Below are positions 29,898-38,910 of a stretch of DNA of 64,000 nucleotides, one piece after another. This stretch comes from a virus, in the IMG/VR virus record IMGVR_UViG_3300045988_155525. The stretch is one strand, 5' to 3'. Position numbers and translations under genes: made by a program. The notes under the pieces were generated by a model that ran no database searches, was not told the DNA's origin, and saw only the letters and a program-made list of their open reading frames with translations. How positions within the stretch are numbered: the first letter of the stretch is position 1; each line of letters opens with the position of its first letter.

Positions 29898-30686
29898 ATG
29901 AGGATTTATTCAAATGGGTATGAGTTAATATCCGAAACTGGTCGTAATTTATGGGAAATGGGTTCCGAAGTAAAGCCAAAAACTTATCAAAATAAAGTTA
30001 TAGCTGGTAATGATGATTTTATTACTAAAGAACTTATTTGTGAACAATATTGTTTAACAAAATTGGAAGATGAAGATATCTTATTTGTATTTACAAATTG
30101 TAAAGATTGGGCTATAGCTGAATTTAAAGAAAGGATTGATTCCAGGAGAATTAACCCTGGTGAGGCTTATAAATTGAGGTGGGAAATTTGGAATGATTTT
30201 TTGACCAATATAGATACTCATGAAATAGGTAGTGATGTATATAGTGTACCTAAATTTGATTATACATATTCCGAAAGGATTAATACAGAAGTAGATTACA
30301 AGGGATTAAAGTATCCTAAATTAGAAGCTATAATTAGGTTGTTAGAAGAAGACCCAGATACTAGGAAAGCAGTATTGAATATATTTGGAACTATAGATTC
30401 TAACTATTATGATGGTTATCATAGGATACCATGTTCTATGTATTATGATTTTCTAATCAGAGAGAACCCAAGAGGAGAAAAGCAATTGAACTTATGTTAT
30501 CATCAAAGGAGTTCTGATTTTATAACTCATTTTGGAAATGATGTATGGTTAGCTTGGCAATTAAAGGATTATGTTGCAAATAGGTTAGGAATTAAGCCTG
30601 GGTACTTATACCATACTATTGATTCTTTACATGTGTACAAAAAGGATTGGGTGAAATTAAAAACTTCCCTCAATAGTATGGTATAA
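29898..30686 (+). CDS. ThyA-superfamily pyrimidine C5-transferase, closest in pattern to T4 gp42 dCMP hydroxymethylase
   Basis: EEDPDTRKAVLNIF, RIPCSMYYDFLIR, LNLCYHQRSSDFITHFGNDVWLAWQL, IDSLHVYKKDW. Asp sits at the ThyA-Asn177-equivalent position. Confidence 0.6.
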   Translation: MRIYSNGYELISETGRNLWEMGSEVKPKTYQNKVIAGNDDFITKELICEQYCLTKLEDEDILFVFTNCKDWAIAEFKERIDSRRINPGEAYKLRWEIWNDFLTNIDTHEIGSDVYSVPKFDYTYSERINTEVDYKGLKYPKLEAIIRLLEEDPDTRKAVLNIFGTIDSNYYDGYHRIPCSMYYDFLIRENPRGEKQLNLCYHQRSSDFITHFGNDVWLAWQLKDYVANRLGIKPGYLYHTIDSLHVYKKDWVKLKTSLNSMV

Positions 30687-30766
30687 ACACGATTGATAAT
30701 AATAACAAGGAAATCTATAAATAAATGTGCATTCCATAATATATTAGAGGTTAATTAATGAAGGAT

Positions 30767-30841
30767 TGAGCTATAGTATAATGGTTAGTACAGGGGATTT
30801 TGATTCCTCTAGTCCTGGTTCAACTCCAGGTAGCTCAACCA
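30767..30841 (+). tRNA. tRNA-Gln (anticodon UUG), CCA encoded
   Basis: Hand-folded cloverleaf. Acceptor tgagcta/tagctca, D stem gtat/gtac, anticodon stem gggga/tcctc with loop ttTTGat, T arm cctgg-ttcaact-ccagg. Confidence 0.85.
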
Positions 30842-30846
30842 AAAAT

Positions 30847-30932
30847 GCTCGGATGGTGGAATAGGTAGACACGTGGGACTTAAAATCCCATGGACAGCGA
30901 TGTTCGTACGGGTTCGATTCCCGTTCCGAGTA
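30847..30932 (+). tRNA. tRNA-Leu (anticodon UAA), class II with long variable arm
   Basis: Acceptor gctcgga/tccgagt, anticodon stem tggga/tccca with loop ctTAAaa, long variable arm, T arm acggg-ttcgatt-cccgt. Confidence 0.85.
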
Positions 30933-30955
30933 CTACAATTTAAATAATTATTATA

Positions 30956-33223
30956 ATGGTAACCAGATATCATATAATAAGAACCTTTAGTGAATTAAAA
31001 CAATTAATAGAAGCATGCTCAAAAACTGGGTATGCTTCTGTTGACTTTGAAACTAATGCTAAAGGTATCTATACAGATGAATTTAAACCAACCATATTAT
31101 CAGTATCCTTTCAAGTTGGTTCAGGTGTAAGTATCCCATTACAACATTTTGATGAATCAGTTTCTTTTTTACAAAAAAATGATTTATGGTTATCATGGTT
31201 ACAATATTTCGGTAGGAAAGTAATAGAAAATCCAAACATAGTAAAGGTAGGTTGGAATTGGAAATTTGATAATCAGATATTTGTAAAGTATGGTATATAT
31301 GCTAGGGGTACTGTAATTGACGGTATGTTAGCAAAATATCTCTTAAATGAAGAAAGACCTAATGGTCTGAAAGATATGGTTAGGAGATATTTGCCAGAAT
31401 TTGGTGATTATGAAAAGTATGATAAATTCGATAATATACCATGGGATAAAAAACCATTAGAACCATTATGTAGATACGGTTGCATGGATGTAGATTTTAC
31501 CCTACGTTTATCTATATTTTTGGAGGCTAAATTAATAGAGAAAGGTTTTTATAGTTTATATAGGCATCTAATAATGCCTGCAAGTAAAGTATTGCAATCA
31601 GCTGAATGTCATGGTTTACCTCTAGATAAAGAGTTGAATGAATCTTTGCAGGTAAAATATAATAACTTAATAGAAACCTTTACTAATAAGCTTTATTCAA
31701 TTCCACAAGTAATAAAATATGAAAAATATACTAAAAAGGAGAGAAAAGATAAGTATATTAATAAACTAAGGGAAGAAATTGAAGAATTAAGTAGTCAAAC
31801 TGGGAAAGAGAGGCAAATAAAAACCAGAGAACAAAAAATATCCCGGGTTTTGGTTGGGGAATATGTTACTAAAGAAGAAAAAGCCTTAGATAATCCAGTA
31901 AACTTTAAATCAACCAAACAGATGATTGATTTATTGTTTATATCTCCCAAAGGGTTCAAATTTCCAATATTAGCTTATACCAAAGATGAGAAGACCAAAA
32001 GGGATACTTCCAACCCTAGTACTTCAGAGGATGTTTTGGTCAAGCTAAAGGCTTATGATAAATCTAGTTTTATAGATACTTTATTGGAATTGAGGGGTGT
32101 ATCAACTATAAATTCCACTTTTATAGTAGGATTAGGTAACCTTATTCAAAGTGATGGTTGTGTACACCCAACATTTCTAATACATGGTACAACTTCTGGA
32201 AGGTTATCATCTAGGGAACCCAATGGTCAAAATATACCCAAGACTATGGTTAACCCCGATGTAAAACTTCAATTTATAACTCCCCCAAATAAGTTATTTT
32301 TAACTTATGACTACTCTCAAGCAGAATTACGAATATTAGCCCATTTGGCTAAAGAAGATACCATGCTAGAGTGGTTTAGAACTGGTAAGGATATTCACTT
32401 AGCATCCGCTTGTAAAAAATATCATGAAGATTACGATAAGATAATAAAAATCTATGAAGATGAACAACATCCAGAACATAAACTTTGGAAAAAAAGAAGG
32501 AAACAAGCTAAAACCATAAACTTCGGTATAGTATATGAACAGTCTGCTCCTAAATTAGCAGAATCTCTTTCAACTCCAGAAGAAGTAGTATCAGCAGAAG
32601 AAGGTCAAGAATTTCTGGATGATTATTTTTGTACTTTTCCAAAGATTAAGAAATTCATGGAAAAGCAACATAAATTTATGGAGAAAAATGGATATTGTGT
32701 ATCTTTATTTGGTAGGAGGAGAAGATGTCCACAAGTGTACTCTGAAAAGTATGGGGAATATTTAGAGGCTTTGAGACAGAGCACAAACATGCCATGCCAA
32801 TCTGCAGCATCAGATATGGCTTTATTTGCATCTGTTATAGTTTATGAAAAGGTAAAAAAAGGAGAATTACCCCCAATGGATGAAGTAGATACTGTACATG
32901 ACTCAGTATATCAATTCATTGAACCCAAGTATTTAACTCCAGATACTATATATGGTATATGGGATATTTGTCGTAATCCATCTACTAAAAAGTATTTTGG
33001 ATTTAGTATAGATGATGTTGATATGTCCATGGATTTTACTGTGGGTAGGAATATGGCGGAAGAGTTACCCTATATACCAGGTTATGATTATTCAAAACTT
33101 TTAAGAGAAGATTTTGATATAAATGAATATTATGAGGAACATAAAAAGACCCGGGATATAGCCATTAAAGAGTATCCTAATATATTTAAAGAAGACTTTT
33201 CTATGTCATGGAGAAAAAGATAA
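30956..33223 (+). CDS. Family A DNA polymerase with 3'-5' exonuclease domain
   Basis: Exo I SVDFETN. Pol motif A DYSQAELRILAHL, motif B RRKQAKTINFGIVYEQS, motif C TVHDSV. Confidence 0.9.
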   Translation: MVTRYHIIRTFSELKQLIEACSKTGYASVDFETNAKGIYTDEFKPTILSVSFQVGSGVSIPLQHFDESVSFLQKNDLWLSWLQYFGRKVIENPNIVKVGWNWKFDNQIFVKYGIYARGTVIDGMLAKYLLNEERPNGLKDMVRRYLPEFGDYEKYDKFDNIPWDKKPLEPLCRYGCMDVDFTLRLSIFLEAKLIEKGFYSLYRHLIMPASKVLQSAECHGLPLDKELNESLQVKYNNLIETFTNKLYSIPQVIKYEKYTKKERKDKYINKLREEIEELSSQTGKERQIKTREQKISRVLVGEYVTKEEKALDNPVNFKSTKQMIDLLFISPKGFKFPILAYTKDEKTKRDTSNPSTSEDVLVKLKAYDKSSFIDTLLELRGVSTINSTFIVGLGNLIQSDGCVHPTFLIHGTTSGRLSSREPNGQNIPKTMVNPDVKLQFITPPNKLFLTYDYSQAELRILAHLAKEDTMLEWFRTGKDIHLASACKKYHEDYDKIIKIYEDEQHPEHKLWKKRRKQAKTINFGIVYEQSAPKLAESLSTPEEVVSAEEGQEFLDDYFCTFPKIKKFMEKQHKFMEKNGYCVSLFGRRRRCPQVYSEKYGEYLEALRQSTNMPCQSAASDMALFASVIVYEKVKKGELPPMDEVDTVHDSVYQFIEPKYLTPDTIYGIWDICRNPSTKKYFGFSIDDVDMSMDFTVGRNMAEELPYIPGYDYSKLLREDFDINEYYEEHKKTRDIAIKEYPNIFKEDFSMSWRKR

Positions 33224-33642
33224 GTGAAATAAAAGATGATTGCATATCCATAAGATATCAAGGTAAAATATATACTATAAATATATCAGAAGAACTTTCT
33301 ATAAATGAGAATATATTAAATACTCAATTAAAAAACCATCCTTCTAATTATGCTTTCCTTTGTTTAATCAGGGATAAATATATTAGAAAAAGGGATAGGT
33401 TGGAAAAAGAGAAAGACATTGCATACAGTAAAGCTTGGCTATTTTATAAAGAGTCAGATAGTAGGTTAAACAATGATACCGTATCCCACAAAGCATTAAC
33501 TAATAATAAATATATAACTTTAGAGAAACAGTTTTTAAAGATATCAGATAAAGCAAATAGGTTAATAAGTATATGTAAGGCATATGAAGCCAGGGAAAGG
33601 ATATTACAAACATTAGCAGCTAACTTAAGAAAACAACAATAA
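33208..33642 (+). CDS. Hypothetical coiled-coil protein
   Basis: ORF track. Overlaps the polymerase stop. Confidence 0.4.
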   Translation: MEKKISEIKDDCISIRYQGKIYTINISEELSINENILNTQLKNHPSNYAFLCLIRDKYIRKRDRLEKEKDIAYSKAWLFYKESDSRLNNDTVSHKALTNNKYITLEKQFLKISDKANRLISICKAYEARERILQTLAANLRKQQ

Positions 33643-33656
33643 AAGTTTACAAAAAA

Positions 33657-34040
33657 ATGATTAAAGGTATAAACATCCCATTACCCACTAAAGACATTGC
33701 TATAAAATTAAATCTTTCAGTATTGGGTGAACCCACTGAAAATAGGGTATTGATAATCCATCCAAATGATAATGAATATACCACAAAAAGTGGATTATAC
33801 GTATCGAACCCAGATTCTAATGAGTTGCCTAAAAAAGGTGTAATAATAAAATTGGGACCTATTACTGAGGGGTATAAGACTTATATTAACCAATTGATGG
33901 TAGGTAGTATAGTTACTTATGGTATGTATGCTGGTAAAGAAATTGAACCTAATTTTACTGATTCAGAATTAAATTTAGGTAATGATTATAAATATACTGT
34001 TCTTTCATTAAATGAGCTTATTTACATTGAAAATCAATAA
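33657..34040 (+). CDS. GroES/Cpn10-like co-chaperonin (T4 gp31 analogue), putative
   Basis: NRVLIIHP...TKSGLYVSNP...KKGVIIKLGP...VGSIVTYGMYAGKEIE...YTVLSLNELIYIE follows the Cpn10 pattern. Confidence 0.4.
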   Translation: MIKGINIPLPTKDIAIKLNLSVLGEPTENRVLIIHPNDNEYTTKSGLYVSNPDSNELPKKGVIIKLGPITEGYKTYINQLMVGSIVTYGMYAGKEIEPNFTDSELNLGNDYKYTVLSLNELIYIENQ

Positions 34041-34045
34041 ATATT

Positions 34046-34834
34046 ATGGAAAAGAATCCGAAAAAAACTAAATCAGTCAAAAAATCCACTGAGGGTAGTG
34101 GTAAAAAAGTAATAATGAGTACCAGAGAGAGGATGATTCAACGTAAAAAGGAACTCTTGGAAAGAGGTAGTGGTAGTGGATTACTCTTTCCCAAAGATGG
34201 TACTATGAGAGTAAGGTTAATGAACCAAGGTCCTGATAAAGAATTGGGGATGGAGATTATTCAATTCTACTTAGGACAAAAGATGGGAGCTATAATTTCT
34301 CCTGCTACTTTTGATGAACCCTGTCCATTTATGGAGAAATATCAAGAATTGAAAGATTCTAATGATGAGGATGACCAGGAATTGGCAGGTAAAATAGCAC
34401 CTCGTAGAAGGTATATTGTTGGTGGTACTGTATACAAGGATGAGAAAGGTAAAGAAGTAGACCCCGATAAGGTTTGTAAACCCATCCTTATCCCCCGCTC
34501 TGTATACCAGGATATTATAGACTTATACCTTGATGAGGATGATTGGGGAGATATGACTGATACTGATGAGGGTTATGATATAAAGATAAATCGTACTGGG
34601 AAAGGAATGACTGATACTAATTATACAGTAACAGCTTGTCCTGGTAGGAAACCTCTAAATCCTAAATATGTAAAAGAGATGGATTTAGAAGAGGTTGTAA
34701 GGAATATTATAAAACCTTATGATGAACTAGAAACCCTCCTTTCAAAATACTTAAATTCAACAGAAGAAGAGGAAGAAGAGGAAACTCCCAAAAAGAAAAA
34801 GGTAGTAAAGAAAAAGAGAAATGGGGATATTTAA
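34046..34834 (+). CDS. gp32-like single-stranded DNA-binding protein (putative)
   Basis: Architecture parallels T4 gp32 as recalled (RVRLMNQGP..., CPFMEKY, RRRYIVGGTVYKDEKGKEV, GYDIKINRTGKG). Acidic run EEEEEEE near the C-terminus. Confidence 0.5.
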   Translation: MEKNPKKTKSVKKSTEGSGKKVIMSTRERMIQRKKELLERGSGSGLLFPKDGTMRVRLMNQGPDKELGMEIIQFYLGQKMGAIISPATFDEPCPFMEKYQELKDSNDEDDQELAGKIAPRRRYIVGGTVYKDEKGKEVDPDKVCKPILIPRSVYQDIIDLYLDEDDWGDMTDTDEGYDIKINRTGKGMTDTNYTVTACPGRKPLNPKYVKEMDLEEVVRNIIKPYDELETLLSKYLNSTEEEEEEETPKKKKVVKKKRNGDI

Positions 34835-34872
34835 TTAAACATCTGGGTAAATAAACATATCATCAAGAATTA

Positions 34873-34905
34873 AACCTTAGTTATTATAACTAAGGTTTTC
34901 TTATT
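34873..34905 (+). terminator. Hairpin terminator
   Basis: aaccttagtta (34873-34883) pairs with taactaaggtt (34887-34897), followed by ttcttatt. Confidence 0.65.
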
Positions 34906-34920
34906 AATACAGAGAAAATT

Positions 34921-35274
34921 ATGGATAATATTAAGGTAGATAACAATCAGATAGAAGAAGATATTTCTATAAATGAGATAATTAATAATGATTATTTTAA
35001 AAAATCTCTGGAAAATAAAATTTTTCAATATAATATTAGACCTTTACTTGAATCAGGGTATAAATATAAGAGAACACCATATGATAATCTAAAAGATAAG
35101 GGATTATTCAATGTATTTGACCTAACTAGGTTATTTGTTCATATAGTGAATAATGATAAGGTGGATAATTCCAAATCTGAGAGAGATGCTATTGTAAGTT
35201 TATGTTTGAAATGTGCTGGTTATACCTATAAATACTTAAAGGGTCATGGCAAAGAAAAAGAAAGTAGGAGTTAA
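34921..35274 (+). CDS. Hypothetical protein
   Basis: ORF track. Confidence 0.4.
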   Translation: MDNIKVDNNQIEEDISINEIINNDYFKKSLENKIFQYNIRPLLESGYKYKRTPYDNLKDKGLFNVFDLTRLFVHIVNNDKVDNSKSERDAIVSLCLKCAGYTYKYLKGHGKEKESRS

Positions 35275-36403
35275 AGTACCCACTATAAATGAAATAACCA
35301 AAAGATATGGTTCTTCTTTAAAGATATCAGCATCAGAAGAAGAAGATTTAGGTTTATGGATACCTTCTACATTTTTTTCTTTAAACCATTTAATGGGTGG
35401 AGGATGTCCATGGGGTAGGATTATTGAAATGATGGGTATGGAGAGTTCAGGTAAAACTCTATGTGCTTTGAATTTTGCTTATGCTACCCAACAATTAGGA
35501 GGTCATGTAATATGGGTAGATGCTGAACAAGCTTGGACTAATGATTGGGCTATCCAAAATGGGGTAAATCCTGATAATGTAACCATATTGAATGATACCC
35601 AGGTAGAAGTAATATCAGATGCCATAGCTGATTTAGCTATATATTATAGGTCAAAGTTAACTAATAATGAACCTATATTAGTAGTGGTGGATTCTATGGC
35701 AGCTTTGGATTGTGCAGAGAATATAAACTCTAAAATGATTGATTCTAAAGCTGACATGGGGAATAGAGCTAAGGCAATTTATAAAATGTTCAGGATACGT
35801 AATGAATTGTTATATAAACTAGGAGTTACCCAAATTTATATAAACCAATTACGTAAGAAATTAAATGCGGGCTTTGGTCAAGATGATAATACTACACCTG
35901 GGGGACAAGCTTTACAATTTTATGCTTCGATAAGATTAGCTTTCTTTGGAGGTAAAACCATAACCATAAAATCTAAGGGTAAGGAGAGGAAGGTAGGTAG
36001 ATATGTAACCATAAGAGTTATAAAAAATAAAGTAGCTCCTCCAAGGTCTACTATATCTAAAGCCCCTCTATACTTCAACCCAGATTATCATACTGTAGGT
36101 TTTGATAGGTACTTTGGTTTGGAAGATGTATTCTTTGAAAATTCAGTGATAGATAAGAATAGTGCCGGTACTTATTCATTTAATGGTTCCAATTTATGTA
36201 GAGGAGAAGAGAAATTTAGAACTCTATTAGAAAGTGATGATGGTTTAAGAAGAAAATTATTGAGATTAGCCAATATCAATACCATCAGTACAACTAAAAA
36301 GAAGTTGAAAAAGCTAGAAAATAACCTATTCCCAGTAGATGGAGATATAGAATATGAATCTCAACAAGATATAGAAGAGGAGGAAGAAGATAATGAGTAC
36401 TGA
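35246..36403 (+). CDS. RecA/UvsX-family recombinase
   Basis: Walker A GMESSGKT, Walker B LVVVDSMAAL, NQLRKKL...GGQALQFYASIRL. Acidic tail. Confidence 0.8.
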   Translation: MAKKKKVGVKVPTINEITKRYGSSLKISASEEEDLGLWIPSTFFSLNHLMGGGCPWGRIIEMMGMESSGKTLCALNFAYATQQLGGHVIWVDAEQAWTNDWAIQNGVNPDNVTILNDTQVEVISDAIADLAIYYRSKLTNNEPILVVVDSMAALDCAENINSKMIDSKADMGNRAKAIYKMFRIRNELLYKLGVTQIYINQLRKKLNAGFGQDDNTTPGGQALQFYASIRLAFFGGKTITIKSKGKERKVGRYVTIRVIKNKVAPPRSTISKAPLYFNPDYHTVGFDRYFGLEDVFFENSVIDKNSAGTYSFNGSNLCRGEEKFRTLLESDDGLRRKLLRLANINTISTTKKKLKKLENNLFPVDGDIEYESQQDIEEEEEDNEY

Positions 36404-37307
36404 TAAGTTATTATTATTGATAGATGGTTCTAATCTAGCATATAGGGCTTTTCAAAAATTTGAATTGTTGAAGGCTAGGGATGGTAGAAAAACCGGGTTA
36501 ATATATGGATTTATGAGATTACTTAATTCATATATTACTAGGTTCAGACCTACTTATGTTATAGTGACTTTTGATACCAAGAAAAGTAAATCATCAAATT
36601 TTAGAAACGGTTTACTTGGAGGTTATAAAATACACCGAAAAAATAACCTGTCTATGGATTATGAAGAATTCAATAGACAGGTTAGGTCGGTTAAAAAAAT
36701 GTTAAAATACCTTAATATCCCTGTAGTATGGGATTCAAAGGGGTTAGGTCATGAGTCCGATGATTATATAGGTTACTATGCTTTAAAACACAAAGGTAAA
36801 GTAATTATAATATCTTCAGATAAAGACTTTTGTCAGTTAATCAGTAAGAATATAAAGATATATAACCCTTTCAAGGAAACCATAATTCAGGAAAAGACTT
36901 GTATGGATGTAATGGGGTATAACCCCAATGAGTGTGTGGATTACCTATGTTTAATTGGTGATAAATCTGATGATATACCTGGATATATAGGGATGGGTCC
37001 AGTAAAAACTAGGTCATTTTTAAATGAATTTGGTTCCATAGAAAATTTCCTTAGTGATGATACTAAAGAATTTAAGGGAATAGATAGAGAAGGACTAAAA
37101 GACCTTTATGAAAGGAATAAGACTCTTATAGATATAAGAATAGCTTTAGAAAAATACCCATTGAAAAATATACCTATAATATATTCAAAGGTAAACAAAA
37201 TTCAGAGAGGTAAATTAAGAGAAGAATTTAAGAAATACACTTTAAGTTCTTTTATGACAGACAGCTTTTTAAAACCCTTTTTAAAATTAAGACCATGGAG
37301 AAAATAA
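36393..37307 (+). CDS. 5'-3' exonuclease / flap endonuclease (T4 RNase H-like)
   Basis: LLLIDGSNLAYRAF, IISSDKDFCQL, LIGDKSDDIPG. Confidence 0.8.
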   Translation: MSTDKLLLLIDGSNLAYRAFQKFELLKARDGRKTGLIYGFMRLLNSYITRFRPTYVIVTFDTKKSKSSNFRNGLLGGYKIHRKNNLSMDYEEFNRQVRSVKKMLKYLNIPVVWDSKGLGHESDDYIGYYALKHKGKVIIISSDKDFCQLISKNIKIYNPFKETIIQEKTCMDVMGYNPNECVDYLCLIGDKSDDIPGYIGMGPVKTRSFLNEFGSIENFLSDDTKEFKGIDREGLKDLYERNKTLIDIRIALEKYPLKNIPIIYSKVNKIQRGKLREEFKKYTLSSFMTDSFLKPFLKLRPWRK

Positions 37308-37951
37308 AAGTAACCTTAACTGGACCTAGTGGAGTAGGTAAAACCACTTTAGCAAAAGAAATATCTAATATGTTTACCATACCTTTTATATCTGGTTCTT
37401 ATTCTGATTTAGTACCAGAAACTAGAAATGAAAGGCATGAGGATATGATTAATAAAGAACCTAAAATTATCTTTGAGCAAGATATGCAGGTTCTTTGTAA
37501 AAGGAGGAATGCTTTTAATGTTACGGATACATTCGTATCTGATAGGAGTTATATCGATTCTGCAGCCTACATTATAAATAAATTATCTCATAGATACCCA
37601 GAGTGTGAAATAGATAGTTTTTGTAATTTATGTAAAGCATTAACTAAACAAACCACTCATATTATATTTATCCCATTTTCCAAAAACTTTATGAACCATT
37701 GGGAGATGGAGGATAATAATAAAAGGGTATTGAATAGGTATTATCAATTTGAGGTATCTCAAGTTATATTTGGGTTACTTGATTTATGGGGATACCGTAA
37801 TAAATGGTCATATTGTACCAATACTGTATCAGATGCTGGGATAATAACTATAGAAGATAAGGAAATACCTATATTAATTCTTGATGAATTAGACTTCAAT
37901 AATAGAGTTTCTATTGTTAGAAGGTTCTTAAAATCTACAGAAAATTTATGA
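37295..37951 (+). CDS. P-loop nucleoside/nucleotide kinase (dNMP kinase-like)
   Basis: P-loop LTGPSGVGKTTLAKE. SDRSYIDSAAY resembles dNK/TMPK lid-region patterns. Confidence 0.55.
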   Translation: MEKIKVTLTGPSGVGKTTLAKEISNMFTIPFISGSYSDLVPETRNERHEDMINKEPKIIFEQDMQVLCKRRNAFNVTDTFVSDRSYIDSAAYIINKLSHRYPECEIDSFCNLCKALTKQTTHIIFIPFSKNFMNHWEMEDNNKRVLNRYYQFEVSQVIFGLLDLWGYRNKWSYCTNTVSDAGIITIEDKEIPILILDELDFNNRVSIVRRFLKSTENL

Positions 37952-38910
37952 AGAAAGTCTTAGCTATAGCTTTTTCTGACTTACACATAAATGATTTTAC
38001 CAAATTTAATAAAAATAATGAAAGAACCCTAAATCATTTTAGGGTTCTTTTTTTAATTAAGGGTTTGTGTAAAAAGTATAAGTGCCCAGCAATATTTTGT
38101 GGAGATTTATTTCATAAGCCAGAAATAATTTCAAATGATTTGTTAAATACAACTATAGATAACTTTTCCAAACTAGATAGTGATTTCAAGATATATGCAA
38201 TATCTGGTAACCATGATATGAATAAATCTAATACCTTTGACAATAAATCATCAAGTTGGTTAAAAACTTTGTCAAAGGTATATAAATTCCTGGAGTGTAT
38301 TGATTATACTTCTATATCACTAAAAGGGTTTACTATTCATGGGGTACCGTATATAGACCACAATATAGGTTTAAATACATACTTAAAAAAATTAAAATTG
38401 AGTAATGATAAACCTAATATATTAGTATTACATACAGATTATCCAGGTGCTAAGGATACCGATGGTACTGAAGTAAATACAGTAGAGAATCTAAATACCA
38501 ATATACTTAGTAGATTTGATTTGGTATTAATGGGCCATATACACAAACCTCAAAGGTTATCTAAAAAAGTGTATATGATTGGGGCTCCATTACAACAACG
38601 TAGGACTGATAGGGATTGTAAATTGGGTTATTGGATAATATATGAAGATTTAACCTTAAAATTTATACCATTTGACAACTTCCCTAGATTTATAGATGTA
38701 AGTAGTGAGAATGAAATAGTAGAAGATGGTAATTATTACACAGTGATTCAAAATTATACACCATCTAATAATGCCACTGAAGTGAATAAAATCACTAGAA
38801 ATATATCCAAAAAAAGGGTAGTAAGGAGATACCTAAAAGAAAAGGGTATCAATGATGTTAAAAAAAGAGATTTGCTTTATAGTATAATAAAAGAAGTAGA
38901 CAATGATTGA
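37948..38910 (+). CDS. Mre11/SbcD-like nuclease (T4 gp47 analogue)
   Basis: Calcineurin-like phosphoesterase motifs AFSDLHIND, CGDLFH, ISGNHDM, MGHIHKPQ. Confidence 0.8.
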   Translation: MKKVLAIAFSDLHINDFTKFNKNNERTLNHFRVLFLIKGLCKKYKCPAIFCGDLFHKPEIISNDLLNTTIDNFSKLDSDFKIYAISGNHDMNKSNTFDNKSSSWLKTLSKVYKFLECIDYTSISLKGFTIHGVPYIDHNIGLNTYLKKLKLSNDKPNILVLHTDYPGAKDTDGTEVNTVENLNTNILSRFDLVLMGHIHKPQRLSKKVYMIGAPLQQRRTDRDCKLGYWIIYEDLTLKFIPFDNFPRFIDVSSENEIVEDGNYYTVIQNYTPSNNATEVNKITRNISKKRVVRRYLKEKGINDVKKRDLLYSIIKEVDND

